A DNA stretch of 64,000 nt from Eledone cirrhosa (GCA_964016885.1 OZ024741.1:391096001-391160000); one strand, 5' to 3'. Shown: positions 41,594 to 55,672, counted from the stretch's first letter. Numbers and translations are program-made. Notes: generated from the letters alone by a model not told the origin.

Positions 41594-43816
41594 AATTCCA
41601 TATATGGGAAGATAGTAATTGCCAAGAGAATTGGTCAAAAATTTGTTGTAAGGTAGGTTAGGGGGAGTGGGAGAAGCCCAGTCAAGCATTGAAAGTGAAA
41701 TCTATACACCAGATTCTAAGGATAGTGTATAGAAGGTAGAAAAAAGTGTACTGGAGAAGGAGAGGGGGGGGGGGGGTGTAAAAGTAGGTAAATCGAAAGG
41801 GAGTAAACAAACGAGCCATTATAAAGATGAGGAGATAAATATATAAAAAACAAATTTATAAACAAACACCAATTTCTGTTTACTATTCCATCCCCAGAAT
41901 CCCCAAATCTCTCATTGGTATTGTTAAGCTATAGAAAAGTTTAATAGGCGGAGAAAAATGCTAAATACGGGATTGTAGTGAAAGCACTTTATAAAGCCAT
42001 CTTTACAGGGGATCTGACACCACTGCAAAAGTAGTACAATTAATCAGCTTCTTCCGCGACTGGGGATTTAAAATAACCCTACAAACGTACCTAACCCGTA
42101 TTATTTGTGCGTATGAGAATGTGTATAAAAATATATAAATAACTAATAATATATAATACATAAACTTATATAACTGTTAAAAATTTTAATAATAATAATA
42201 TATTCATACCTCATTATTGTAGATAGTGGAAGTGAGAGATCGAGATAGTAAATCATGAGGAAAGAGAGAAAAAGGAGATTTGATCGTAGAAACAAGAGAA
42301 GGGAGAAATGATCAATAGAGAGAGGAAAATAAGTTAAATCGTATAAACAATAAGTTAAATCGTATAAACGAACATTGCAAAAATAAATAGTAGAATTCTA
42401 ATAGAGAGAGGAAAATAAATTTAATCGTATAAACAAAGGGAGGAAGATATGCATTGTAACATATAAATAGCGTATAATTAGATAGGGGGGAAAGAATATT
42501 TAGGCACATGATGCGTGACCGTTTATTTTCAAAATCTTAAGTTAATTAGAAATAGTCAATTAATCAAATGACATAAGATTTTAGACTATAAAATTTTAAA
42601 GGATTTATATTATTGTATTATATCAGAGTTCAAGCAATTGTAACGTGAAAGAGATAAATTTATGTTTATCATAACTCCAAAGGTACTCACAAGTATATTT
42701 AAAAGTATATTAAAATTAAGAATATAATCAATATATTAGTAAAAAAAACATTAAAATTAAGATGTTATTAATAAGTCATAAAGCATTATAAATGTATTTA
42801 ATAAGATATTATTAAACCAGATTTATCTAGATATACACATTTGTATAATTTATATATAGACTATAAAGTTTAAGGTTTAAGATGATATTAGTCACTTATA
42901 TATAATATAATTACTGTCAAGAGTGTTATAAATTTGATTCGACTAGATTTTACTGTATTTAAAATTTTACATCAATTTAAGTACAAAAAAAATTATCAAC
43001 TTGGATCTAAGGAGACTTTTATACTATAAATGTATAATCATATCCTCGTGAATCGTAAATAACCATTCAAAGTAATTAAACGGTTTACAAGTCTGAATAC
43101 ATTCAAGGTATCAAATATATAAGGTATAAGATTTAGAAAATACAAAAACCAAAATTAAATGTATTTAAACAATCTAAAGGTCATACGTACTCAACAAGAG
43201 ATCAGGTTAACAATTTCAATGTTAAGGTAGAAACGCTTAATCTAATATTAATAATAGTATAAATAATAAAAGAATTACAAGAATTTTTAATCTGAGACAA
43301 TATTGTTTCACGCTCAGAGTTATTAAACGTCTAAATCATTTCACATTTATTCAATGTTTTTTCCTGATTTTTTTGTGAAGCTTGGAATGTAGCTGTAGCT
43401 TTGTGCAAGCAATTTGAGAATAATTCGCTTTTTTTGTTAATTAACTTATCATAATTATTAATTATTAATAGGGTCTCCATATCACAAAGATTGCAGTTAG
43501 GTGATACGGATGAATTAATGTAGACTTGGCTATTACAAAGTTTTGACCAACATATTGAGTACTCTAAATTTTTGTCTTTTAAGGACCATATGAGTTGTGA
43601 TAAAGAGGTAGATAATTTCTTATCCGGATTCGAAAAAGAGTGTTTGTGATTTGAATATCTTAATTTAAAGCTCGATGAAGTTGCACCTATATAGTTGTAG
43701 GTGATGTTATTTGCTTTAACGGTACATTTATAAACTAGGTTCTTATCAAGACAATTATTTTGCAGAGGGCAATTCGATCTATTTCTACAGTTACATTTCG
43801 ATTTACTGTTATTATT

Positions 43817-44003
43817 GTGGATTGGCAGTATCGGTAGAGGGTCGGACGCCATGCTTTCCAGCATAGTTACGTCCCCTTACGATCTGAGTTCAAATCCCAC
43901 CGAGGTTGACTTTGCCTTTCATCCTTACGGGGTCGATAAAATAAAGTACCAGTAATGCACTGGGTAATTGCTGGCCTTGTGCCTAAAGTAGAAACAATTA
44001 TTA
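43817..44003 (+). mobile_element. SINE family A inserted into the PLE ORF
   Basis: Near full-length match to other copies. Confidence 0.88.
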
Positions 44004-44570
44004 TAATTTAAACTGTACACGTTATCATTGCTAATATTTGGAGGTGTTCTATTGTGAGTGCTTAAATTAATGTTATTGTTATTCACAGTATCAATATTAT
44101 TGCTAATGTTAATATTGCCATTATCCCTAATTGTTTGTTGGTTATGATTAAGAATTCTACTATTTATTTTGGCAATGTTCGTTTATACGATTTAACTTAT
44201 TGTTTATACGATTTAACTTATTTTCCTCTCTCTATTGATCATTTCTCCCTTCTCTTGTTTCTACGATCAAATCTCCTTCTTTTTCTCTCTTTCCTCATGA
44301 TTTGCTATCTCGATCTATCACTTCCACTATAATGAGGTATGAATATATTATTATTATTTAAATTTTTAACAGTTATATAAGTTTATGTATTATATATTAT
44401 TAGTTATTTATATATCTTTATACACATTCTCATACGCGCCCTCTGTATTATATGCAATTTTTCATGTTTCAACTTAAGATATATAAATATTGAGTTTTGT
44501 CATAACTAACCACTGCCATGACTAAATTATAACCATCAACATAGTCAAGGTATGTCAGGCATCAACTTAC

Positions 44571-44630
44571 TTTATCTGATGAGGACGTACTGTTGAAACA
44601 ACTCAGTACCTCTGAAATATGTATAATAAA
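44571..44630 (+). ncRNA. Minimal hammerhead (same family as 37977)
   Basis: tttat-CTGATGA-gga.GTACTG..CAGTAC.tct-GAAA-TATGTA-TA-ataaa. Confidence 0.82.
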
Positions 44631-44684
44631 ATATATTTGATCACATGAATGTCTATATTTATTAATATTTTGAAGTAATATATA

Positions 44685-45209
44685 TGCAGAAATTTTGGAA
44701 TATTTTACCTATTTTTACTGTTCCATTAAAGGATTGTACTTGTAATTTCCTAACTAGTGTTCTATCTGTTCCTGTGAAGCCTAGCTTCTCAAGATTTGTA
44801 TTGAGGCAGTTACTAATATACCCCAGTGCCCCAATAATCACAGGCATAAATCTGAAGATATAGTCAGGGTGGAGTATCTGCAGATTTCTCATTAGTTCTG
44901 CATAAATACTCTCCTTTTCGCTAATCTTTGATATTATATAGGCATCTGCTGGGTAGCTAACTTCCAATATTGTGCATGCTTTCTTTTCCCTGTCCCATAT
45001 AATAATATCTGGTCTGTTATGTCTGCATTTTATTGGGGTTTTTACTGGAATATTCCACCAGTACTCTTTCATATTATGTATGTGTATGTCTTCCACATTG
45101 CTGTAGCTTTTAATGTGTTTATTATTGGAGCTATCATTTCTACGGATTGCATTGTACATCATGCCTCATAGGTAGATAGTACCGCGATGACATCTTTGGA
45201 CAGCTGCTT
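44685..45209 (-). mobile_element. R4/Dong-like LINE 3' fragment (restriction-like endonuclease)
   Basis: HNRPDIIIWD..EVS.P..K...Y..L, PVIIGALG; homologous to 51351-51900. Confidence 0.85.
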
Positions 45210-45532
45210 ATGTATGTATATGTGTATGTATATGTGTGTGTGTACATGTACGTATGTTTATGTGTATGCGTGTAAGTATAAGTATATGCGTAGGCAGATG
45301 TTTATATATGTATGTATCTATTTATACATATATATTTATTATTTTCCCCATTACTTTACGTCCGTTATATCACCTTCGATTTCAATTCTTTTACGCTTTG
45401 TTTTGAAATCCATATCTCACTTCCTCTTCAAATAAAATCGTTCCTATGAACGATTCAGACGTCTGTGTCGAGCTCGTGTGACTTCATGAAACGTTTGGTA
45501 AATGGAATAATTGTCTTATGTTGTTTATTACA

Positions 45533-45599
<67 letters not shown>

Positions 45600-45600
<1 letters not shown>

Positions 45601-46058
45601 GTATATCTACCAACATATGTATACAGATGCATACCTATGCTAGCAAATTTATATGTTTTGTCTTAGTAACTTTGTGGTTCTATGCAAGGGGATGCAGAAC
45701 AATTATATGAAAGACGTAAATAAGAAAGTTATGAAAATTGACTTACTTACTAAAATTTCACTCCAACTAATTAGTTTCTGTGATTGATTCTTTTGAATTT
45801 GCCACTGACCAAGTAGGCAGTGAATTTTTCAATGTCTTGGAATTTAGTCCCCGCTCGCTTTTTTCCATCCACTGAATTATTTTTATATAAGTTCCCAGTG
45901 TCCTCGCATTGCCTGGAAGCTTAGCTGAGAATAGACTCCCTGATGACGTAAGGTTTCTCTGTGGATACGCTCCGTAACCATATTTATCCCTTTACAAAAA
46001 CTAATTAGTTGGAGTGAAATTTTAGTAAGTCAATTTTCATAACTTTCTTATTTACGTC

Positions 46059-46066
<8 letters not shown>
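45600..46066. mobile_element. Fold-back element (arms about 45704-45778 / 45997-46066) with mutated hammerhead at 45935-46015
   Basis: actcc-CTGATGA-cGTAAGG..CCTTTAC.-AAAA-CTAATTAG-TT-ggagt; the opposite arm retains GAAA. Confidence 0.75.
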
Positions 46067-46155
<89 letters not shown>

Positions 46156-46235
46156 CATACACGTATATATATATATATATCACATTGAGTGCTCATACGG
46201 CCTACCACATACGTACGCTTTAAGCACCCAACACC

Positions 46236-46272
<37 letters not shown>

Positions 46273-46689
46273 TGTGTGTGTGAAAGAGAGAGAGAGGGGG
46301 GGGGGAGAAGGAGCGAGAGAGAGAGGGAGAGCGGGGAGAGAGAGAGAGAGAGAGAGAGATAGATAAAATACAGATGCTCGATTTTTGTAGGCAACGTTAC
46401 GCTTTTGTAATGTAGGCTGGATGTGCGTATACAAAAAGGAAGAGGTAACTTACCGGTTTTGTTGTGCTCTATGTAGTCAATGAAACTGTTCATAGTAAAT
46501 ACCTAGTTGAATTATGTTACCAAGTAAAATAAATTGGTCCAATATGAATAATCCACGGAGTAATATGATATATATTGGTTATTAGAAAAACTAGACACAT
46601 TTATTGATGTTCAATAATATATTTATTAATACTGGAGATTCTCGTCAACTTATTTCAACATTACATAACTGACGTCCTGTGAAATCTGT

Positions 46690-47070
46690 ATACGGGGTCG
46701 ATAAAATAAAGTACCAGTAATACACTGGCATAATTGCTGGTCTTGTGACAAAAGTATAAACAATTATTACATATTGGCGGTGAATTGGCAGTATTGGTAG
46801 AAGGTCGGACGCCATGCTTAACAGCATAGTTACGTCCCTTTACGGTCTGAGTTCAAATCCCGCCGAGGTTAACTTTGCCTTTCATCCTTACGGGGTAGTT
46901 AAAATAAAATACCAGTAATGCACTGAGGTCGATTTAATCAATTTTCCCCTTCCCTTCAAATTGCTGGCTTTGTGCTTAAAGTAGAAACAATCTACTTATA
47001 TATAATGGTTTCTACTTTTGGCGCAAGGCCAGCAATTACCCCAGTACATTACTGGTACTTTATTTTATCG
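46690..47070. mobile_element. Cluster of SINE A copies (+ partial 46690-46766, + 46776-46992, - partial 47000-47070)
   Basis: Matches to the family. Confidence 0.8.
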
Positions 47071-47199
47071 AAGGGAGATAGAGTCAAGATGTGGACTAAC
47101 ATGTGGATACATTAACAAAAATAGGGCGAAACCAAAGCCGAATGTGATAAGGTCAGACAGAGGGAAGGTAAAGGGAGGGCTTCCTTGCATGTGTGTTTA

Positions 47200-47268
<69 letters not shown>

Positions 47269-47649
47269 GGCTCGCTGATATAAGAAACATCCTCTTATGT
47301 AATAGATCAAATAATGCTTTCTTTATTAATAATAATAATGCTTTCTTTATTCGATCAAATAATGAAAAAGGAAAAGAAAGAGCTGATCATGAGATCGGAC
47401 CAAGGAGATAATTTTTCAATTAGTCTTCCCATTGCTGATATCTGCGGCGGGTCACAACTCATGGGAGAAGAGGGTGGCATTTGAACTCAGAATGCACAGT
47501 GTGAGATCAGATAACGTATCCTGCCCGACACTTTCAGTTTCACCTATCCACCATTCCTGAACTTAGAGTCTAGTGATCTTGAATAAATACTGATGCATTT
47601 AATCCGATTCCCTAATACCTCTGCTAATTCACCGCCTTTCCTTTCAAAT

Positions 47650-47840
47650 AGTTGTTTCTGATTTCAGGGGAGAGGAAAGTCGATTAAATCGATCCCAAGT
47701 GCGTTACTGACACTCTATTTTATTAACTCCGTAAGGATGAAAGGCAAAGCTAACCTCGGCGGGATTTGAAATCAGAACGTAAGGGAACGTAACTATATGC
47801 CGCAAGACAATTTGTCCGACGCTCTACCGATTACTGCCAT
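47650..47840 (-). mobile_element. SINE family A variant
   Basis: GTAAGGATGAAAGGCAAAG..CTCGGCGGGATTTGAA. Confidence 0.75.
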
Positions 47841-49149
47841 CCTACTGTCCTTTTTCCTTTCAAACAATGAGAGGTAAACCAACAACGATGGTCGCTGGTT
47901 CATTTAGGAATTTAAGGATTCAGACAATTTTCTACATCCCAACAAATGTCCATATCTGTGTATTTGCTAGATCATCCGTCAGTTTCGATAAGGAATATTC
48001 TGTTTACGATCAACTGAAGGTCCAACTCGTAAATTAGCGTGCACATGTCCTGTGTGTATTCCGTAGTTCTAAGTTGACGAATTAGTGACATAAAATGTGA
48101 CAAGGCTAGGCCTTTGAATTATAGGTACAATCAACCCGATGGGCTTCCACACAGACATCTTTTACCCAATTTCGCTCACAAGACTTGGGCCACCACGATG
48201 CAATAATAAAGACAATTGCCCAAGATGTTACGCAATAAGATCGAACCCAAGACCTCACGATTGCGATGCAAAGCTCTTAAGCACTTGGTGATGCCTGCAT
48301 CCACACTTTGTAATTTACATAGTAATTTGTTCGCTACTAAATTGGCAAACCACTGTTTGTTATAAAAGAAAAAAATAAAGAAAAAGCGCCAAGATCAATA
48401 GGAAATCTCTAAGGTTGTATTTTATATTTGCCACAATATTTTCTAGTTTAGATGTTTAATGCTTCATGCATCAAATATGTTAACATCCACTGATCTGATG
48501 AATCATTGTGGACAGGGTTGTAATGTAAAATCTTTCTAATATGAACGAAAGCAATGAGTATCAGTCGTTAATTTATCTTGTTATAATAATGAGAACATGT
48601 CTTGTATTGCAATGTGGGACAGTGTAATCTCTTCAGAATATTGAAGCCATTGCAACATGAAGCATAACTGAGTGTTCATGTTTGCTAACGATATTCTATT
48701 CCTATAAATTAGAATACCATTTTGTGCTAAAAGTAGAAACAATTATATTACATTCCATTTCAAATTATTTACGATATTTGAGCTTATATAATAATATTCA
48801 CTTCAGTTTGTCGTTTCCTGGTGTGTTTACATGTAAATGATATCGCACGGCCTCTACGTGTAATAAACATACTAGGAATTTGCCACAATTATGTGTAAAT
48901 ATGATGCTTGCAAGCTCATGTATGTTCTAGCGATTCCTCCCACCCGAAATTTCATACATAGGAACAAAGCGCTTTCATTGGAATTTAGACAATATCATCT
49001 GGGCATTGTATGTATCTACGTACGTGTATTTGTATGTATGTATGTATGTATGTATGTATGTATGTATGTATGTATGTATGTATGTATGTATGTATGTATG
49101 TATGTATGTATGTATGTATGTATGTATGTATGTATGCATGTATGTATGT

Positions 49150-50914
49150 ATGCAGGAATGATTGTGGGAACTACAGAGGTATATCATTGCTTTCTGTCGT
49201 AGGGAAAGTTTTATGTAGGGTGCTTCTGGACCGTCTGCTGACATACATTGCACATTGTGTTCTTCCTGAAAGTCAATCTGGTTTTCGTGCTGGACGCGGC
49301 ACTACTGATATGATCGTCTCAGCTAGACAGCTCCAGGAGAAGTGCATGGAACAAGGCTTGGATCTGTATCAGGTTTTTGTCGATCTGACAAAGGCTTTCG
49401 ATACTGTTAACAGAGATGCATTATGGAAGGTTTTCCAGAAACTTGGTTGCCCTGATAAGTTCCTTGCTTTAGTTAGGTCTTTCCATGACGACATTAAGGC
49501 TTGGATTAATGTCGGGGGTAACATGTCGGAGCCTATCTCAGTAAAAAATGGAGTGAAACAGGGGGATATTCCAGCACCGACCCTGTTTGCCATATACTTT
49601 GCAATGGTTTTCTGTATTGCATTCAGGAATTGCGAGCATGGTGTTTACATCCGATATCGAACCTCAGGCAGCATATTTAACAAAGGCGCTTTGATGCAAA
49701 GACAAAAGTATTTACATCAGTCATAAGAGACCTCTTGTATGCAGATGATTGCGATCTTGTAGCGCACACAGAGAGTGATATGCAGCACATTTTGAATGCA
49801 TTTTCTGACGCTTGCACTGCCCTAGGATTGACTGTCAGTCTCAAGAAAACCGTCGTCATGTACCAACCTGCCCCTGGTAAACAGTACACTGAACCAAATA
49901 TCTATGTGTATGGCAAACGACTTGGAGTGGTTGATCATTTTGTCTACCTGGGAAGCACTGTCAATCGATACAGCAACCTTGATAGTGAAATCTCACTTAG
50001 GATTAGGAAAGCAAGTGATGCTTTCGGAAAGCTAGAAAGGCGACTCTGGGGTCGGCGAGACATATGCAGGAGGACAAAGGTAAAGGTGTACAGGGCATGT
50101 GTGCTCTCTTGTCTTCTTTATGCCTGCGAGACCTGGGTCACATATCGACACCACCTTAAGCAATTGGAGCGTTTCCATCAGATGTGTCTCAGACGGATCC
50201 ATGGCGTTCACTGGAGGGACCACATCAGTGATGTCGAGATTTTGGAAAGCTCTATGTGTGACAGTATAGAAGCTCTTGTGCTTAAGCAACGACTCCGTTG
50301 GAGTGGTCACCTTGCCAGGATGAAGGATTCTAGAATACCAAAACAACTCTTTTATGGAGAGTTGGTTAAAGGAAAACGACCGCCACATAAACCAAAAAAG
50401 AGGTATAAGGATTCCTTGAAAGCCTCTCTGAAAGACGCTAACATCTCTGCTGATACATGGGAAAATATTGCTGCTGATCGTAATAAATGGAGAAAGACTG
50501 TATATGAGGGAAAAGTTGCTTTTGAGGCATCTCGAATCGCATACGAGAAAGTAAAGCGGGATGTGAGGAAGGGCATTGCTGTGGCACTTCCAGACGGCGA
50601 GAGTCCTCCTATGGTGCTGACATGCAGCGTCTGTGCGAGACTCTGCCTAAGCAAAGCTGGACTCGAAAGTCATCTTCGCAGTCATAAAGTAAGACCAGTG
50701 GTTGACTACCAGGCTGCTGTTGGAGATGCTGCTCATCATGCTTGCCAAACATGTGGTAGAGATTGTAAATCAGCAGGAGGGCTCAAGCGACATGCAAAAG
50801 TACACGAACTCCAACCACAGCCGACTATTCCCAGTGAATGTTTTGGTTTATTATTATTATTATTGTTATTAATGTATATGTGTGTGTGTATATATATGTG
50901 TGTGTATATATGTA

Positions 50915-50962
<48 letters not shown>

Positions 50963-51058
50963 CTTCTTTTTTTTATTTTTATTTTATTTTTTATTTATTT
51001 ATTAATTTTTTTCCCTCGTGCAATGGCCATACTCGATAACGAGGGGGCAGCCATCATG
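49150..51058 (+). mobile_element. RTE (BovB-like) LINE: RT with frameshift near 49690, two C-terminal C2H2-type fingers, 3' end interrupted by microsatellite
   Basis: NYRGISLLS, ESQSGFRAGRGT, FVDLTKAFDTV, GVKQGD, YADD, LLYACETW, LRWSGH; CSVC..H...H and CQTC..H...H. Confidence 0.92.
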
Positions 51059-51350
51059 TATGTATGTATGTATGTATGTATGTATGTATGTATGTATGTA
51101 TGTATGTATGTATGTATGTATGTATGTATGTGTGTATGTATATGTTCTTTTGGTTTTATAATTTTATAAACTTTTATCAATAGCGAGAGAGTCGGTTTCT
51201 AACATAGGTACAAGACTTTCTCATTGAAATTTACACATCAACTAGGTAGATATGTATGCATGTCTGCATGCATGCATGTGTGTGCAGGTATGGATGCTAA
51301 TATATGTGTACATGTGCATATGCTTTGTATCTGTACATGTGAATATGCAG

Positions 51351-53500
51351 TTATAAGATGCAGAATTTTGGAAATGTTTTACATAATTTTACTGTTCTAT
51401 TAATGGATTGTACTTGTAATTTGCTAACTAGTCGTGTTCTTTCTGCTTCTGTGAAGCCCAGCTTCTCAACATGTGTACTGAGGCTGTTACTAACATATCC
51501 CAGTGCCCCAATAATCACAGGCATAAATCTGAAGGTGTAATCAGGGTGGAGTATCTGCAGATTTCTCATCAGTTCTGCATAGATGTTCTCCTTTTCGCTA
51601 ATCTTTAATATTATATAGGCATCTGTTGGGCAGCTAACTTCCACCACTGTGCATGCCTTCTTTTCCCTGTCTCATATTATATCAGGTCTGTTATGCCTGC
51701 ATTTTATTAGGGTTTTTACTGGAACATTCCACCAGTACTTTTCCATATTATGTATTTGTATTTCTTCCACATTGCTGTAATTTTTAATGTGTTTATTGTC
51801 GGGGCTATCTTTTCTACGGATTGCATTGTACAGAGTTTTGGCCACTACATCATGCCTCATAGGTAGATAGTACCGTGATGACATCTTTAGACAACTGCTT
51901 ATGACATGGGTGACATCTTCGACCTTAATTCTGCAGAGTCTGCATTTGTTGCCACATCTAGGTGTTTTGCCTGCATCCCTATCTCTTTTGTGAATCAGGT
52001 ATTTTGTGTTGATTTCCTGTTCTTGGATTGCAAAAGCGTATCCTTCAAAGTGGGAGCCAATATAGCGGTTGTTTGTCCAAGATAGACTACTTTTTTATCT
52101 ATATTACTCTCACTCTGGAGCTGCCTTGTAACATATCCATGAATGATATTTTGCTGATAAGCATGCAGTTTTTCATCCATGGATTCGCTACGGTATTGCT
52201 GGGCAATATCCCTGGGTATCAGTTTTTGATTATCATTCAGGGAGTATCTTTCAAGAAGTTCCTTCTCAAAACTCATGATCTTTCTGTTTCATGCTGACAT
52301 ACTTGCTCAGGAGATGGGCTCCTACGTTTAGGGGTTCGTAAATGTTGTCGAAGGGATATGATGCGACATTCAAATGCTGTCTGGACTGATGTTAGGCCTC
52401 TGCCTCCCTGCTTACGTGTCATGTAGAGGTTGTCTTGTCACTGTTGATGTGGAAGTTTCCGGTGTCGTTTAGGATTTTTCGAGTTTTAACATCAATTACT
52501 CGGATTTCGTCTATCGTCCAATTGAGTATTCCAAATATTGGTGTTAGGACAAACACAGCAAACACATTGGGAGCCCCTGTTTTATTGTGCGCAGAAAGTT
52601 TTGATGACCATAAGTTTCTTAATCGGGTGTAATATTCCCTGGTTACGCGTTCCTTATTACAAATACCATTATAGGATATGTTCTCATCTATCCCCAGGTA
52701 TCTGTAGCAGTCTTCATCAGATAACAGTGAAACAATTAGACCATTTATAGAAATGTTACTAGATTGGGTTATAGTTTTTCCCCGCTTTACAATCATATAT
52801 GAACATTTATCTTGTCCAAACTCCATTCCTATATCTTCTGAACACTTTGTAACCAGGTCAAGATTTTTCTTCATTCCGCTTATGTTCTTGGCATAGAGTT
52901 TCACGTCATCCACAAAAACATTATGGATTAAGTTCGTATTTCTGTACTCCCGTGGGCCTATGATGTATCCTTTACATTTCTTGAGCAGAAAGGACAAGGG
53001 ATTTAACGAAAGGTTAAATAGTAGCACAGAGAGACTGTCTCCTTGAAATATACCCCTGTGATATTCTATTCTATCAGTGAAAATAGTCTTCCTTCTCTGC
53101 TTTTAACTTTAGGATAGTAGCCCAAGAAGAAGACGACTTCTCTATGGCTGTGATAATAATGTGTGGGACTTTAGCAAGTCGGAGGGCCTCTATTATCCAA
53201 GTGTGGGGAACAGAATGAAATGCCTTCCTGTAGTCCAGCCAGACTGTAGCCATTTTCCTCTTATGTTGTCGCACCTTCGACATCGCAGTTTTGTTAATTA
53301 GGAGTTGTTCAGCACACACCCAAATACTTTCTTTCCGGCTGCTTGTTCATCTGTGATGATGTCATTACTGTCGCAGTGATCTTGGAGGAATAGGTTCAGG
53401 TAGGCTATATACATCTTATACATCAGGTTCTGGCATGCAATGGGTCAGTAGTATTTGCCAACTGGGACCAGTTTTGTTTGTTCTATTGGCAACCATTCTG
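51351..53500 (-). mobile_element. R4/Dong-like LINE (RT, CCHC, RLE), decayed
   Basis: WLDYRKAFHSVPH, GIFQGDSL, FVDDVKL, YRYLG, CRLC..HVISSC, RHD, RPDII; many frameshifts. Confidence 0.88.
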
Positions 53501-54010
53501 ATATATGTATGTATGTATTGTAATTGCTCCAGCTACTAAGTGACCTCTGTCCGGACAGCGAAAGCTACTCCTTCATTCCTTTTCTCCACAAATGGTTTCC
53601 ATTTCCAGAAGAACGTATAGCCAACACGTCTTGTTGATAGATGACTTTCACCACTAAAACGGGTTTTAGAGAGTTCATTGGTGGTCGAATTAGGCATCTG
53701 AGAGTTCTTTTTTCAAGTTGGTAGTGCCCACCAAAACGGCTAAGGTCAACACTAAGAGAGAAAGAAAGAAAACTACAGACAAAAATGTGAACTTTTCTCC
53801 GTATATATGTATGTAAACAATTTTTTCACCCATATTTTTATTGTTCTTATTAATATGCAAATTAATTGCATTATACCCTTCTGTCGTGTAAAAAAGCGTA
53901 TAAGCTGAAACCGGTACAAATAATGCGGCAATTCCTATTGTGTAAATAAATGTTTTGATGTTATTCTGAGAGAAAATCCATTTAGCATTTTCTACTGTTT
54001 TTCTTTTTAC

Positions 54011-54081
<71 letters not shown>

Positions 54082-54166
54082 TGTGTATATGTAGGTTTGT
54101 GTGCGCGTGTACACACGAACACACTGATGTGTATGTGTACGGATATATATGTGTGTGTCCATGTCC

Positions 54167-54250
<84 letters not shown>

Positions 54251-54254
54251 ATAT

Positions 54255-54459
54255 AATGAAGGAAGTGTGGTAAGGAACCAGGTGGACCATAACGCACCAG
54301 AGTACTCGATACTATTGGTAGTAGAGTGGGTAATAGGAAAAGGTCCAGGGCCCCGACGGCAGAGCTCAAGCCGTTTCGACGGCTATTTCTGGACTAAATT
54401 TAGTCCAGAAATAGCCGCCGAAATGGATTGAGCTCTGCCGTCGGGGTCCTGAACATTTT

Positions 54460-54463
<4 letters not shown>
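54255..54463 (-). mobile_element. Fold-back element of the 41405 family: tail plus about 66-bp palindrome arms centred near 54398
   Basis: ..GGCTATTTCTGGACTAAA|TTTAGTCCAGAAATAGCC..; retains only the 3' half of the hammerhead. Confidence 0.85.
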
Positions 54464-54492
<29 letters not shown>

Positions 54493-54533
54493 ATGATATT
54501 AATAAATGGAAACTATCTTTGTAAAACCATATT

Positions 54534-54594
54534 TATTTTATTATGTATATTTCAAGGGAACCAAAATTTTGGTACGCTCTCATCAGATAAAATA
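54534..54594 (-). ncRNA. Minimal hammerhead
   Basis: Minus strand tattttat-CTGATGA-..ACCAAAATTTTGGT..-GAAA-TATACA-TA-ataaaata. Confidence 0.8.
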
Positions 54595-54659
54595 CAAACG
54601 TTGTTTTATAAATATTGAAATATCCCAAAATCAAGAAATTATCGTTTTAAGTTCAGTTT

Positions 54660-55116
54660 GAATAATTGTTTCTACTTTTGGCACAAGGCCAGCAATTACC
54701 CAGTGCATTACTGGTACTTTATTTCATCGACCCCATGAGGATGAAAGGCAAAGTTAACCTTGGCGGGATTTGAACTCAGAATGGCAAGGGACGTAACTCT
54801 ATGCGTCAAAGCATGGCGTCCGACTCTCTAACGATACTGCCATAAATGTGTTGAAGTGGTGGAATACCAATTTTAAAAATTGAGAGATAGTACTAATTAT
54901 TGGATCTATTCTAATCATGAGTTATTATATAGTGAATTGGCAGTATCGGTAGAGGGTCGGACGCCATGATTTCCAGCATAGTTACGTCCCTTTACAATCT
55001 AAGTTCAATTTCCGCCGAGGTTAACTTTGCCTTTCATCCTTACGGGGTCGATAAAATAAAGTATTAGTAATGTACTGGATAATTGCTGGCCTTGTGCCAA
55101 AAGTAGAAACAATTAT
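54660..55116. mobile_element. Head-to-head SINE A pair (- 54660-54843; + 54932-55116)
   Basis: Two near full-length copies in opposite orientation about 90 bp apart. Confidence 0.88.
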
Positions 55117-55287
55117 ATAGATAATATTTATAAGTATATTTTATGAAGAATTAAGGTTGCAAGTATATTTTACTTTATTATATTATATAACTCTTTGCTT
55201 ATATATATATATATATATTAATAAAAGGTGACAGTCAAGTTTGCAATTTTCGTCGAAAATTGCAAACTTGACTGTCACCACAGAATA

Positions 55288-55326
55288 TGAACCTGAAGAT
55301 TGCGAAAGCATGAAAGTACTTGTTCA
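55288..55326 (+). ncRNA. Ultra-minimal hammerhead preceded by a 53-bp palindrome (55227-55279)
   Basis: tgaac-CTGAAGA-tTGC gaaa GCAt-GAAA-GTAC-TT-gttca. Confidence 0.75.
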
Positions 55327-55473
55327 ATTAACATTTATTATTCTACCATACTATTTCATTATAAAATCATTATAATTTTAAAGGATTGTAAATAAAATGA
55401 GTTAATCAAAGTTGGAATTCCTTTTATTAATATAATCTTCTATACACAATCATACACACACCTGTGTATATTT

Positions 55474-55588
<115 letters not shown>

Positions 55589-55672
55589 AAAGGTAAACAG
55601 AAATAACAACGCAATCGGTACAGTATATGGAAGGTATATATTAGGTTAACGCTTGATATAGCAGGTAGAGGG

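Larger units (their letters stand above)
41405..44437 (-). mobile_element. Truncated Nematis-like PLE: tail, hammerhead, long 3' UTR, GIY-YIG C-terminus (43331-43815), inverted duplication (42109-42380 / 44168-44437)
   Basis: CNCRNRSNCPLQNNC..LVYKCTV..YIGAT..FKLRYSNH..CNLC; inverted arms read directly. Confidence 0.85.

Noticed and set aside
43816-43864. N-terminus MLESMASDPLPILPIH of ORF 43331-43864 (also ORFs 17409 and 46645)
   Set aside because: Antisense SINE sequence inserted in frame, not a protein domain
53885-53922. AGC..GCT-GAAA-CCGG-TA half hammerhead
   Set aside because: 5' core too degenerate (TGTAAAAA) to call; possibly a decayed U3-A8 copy
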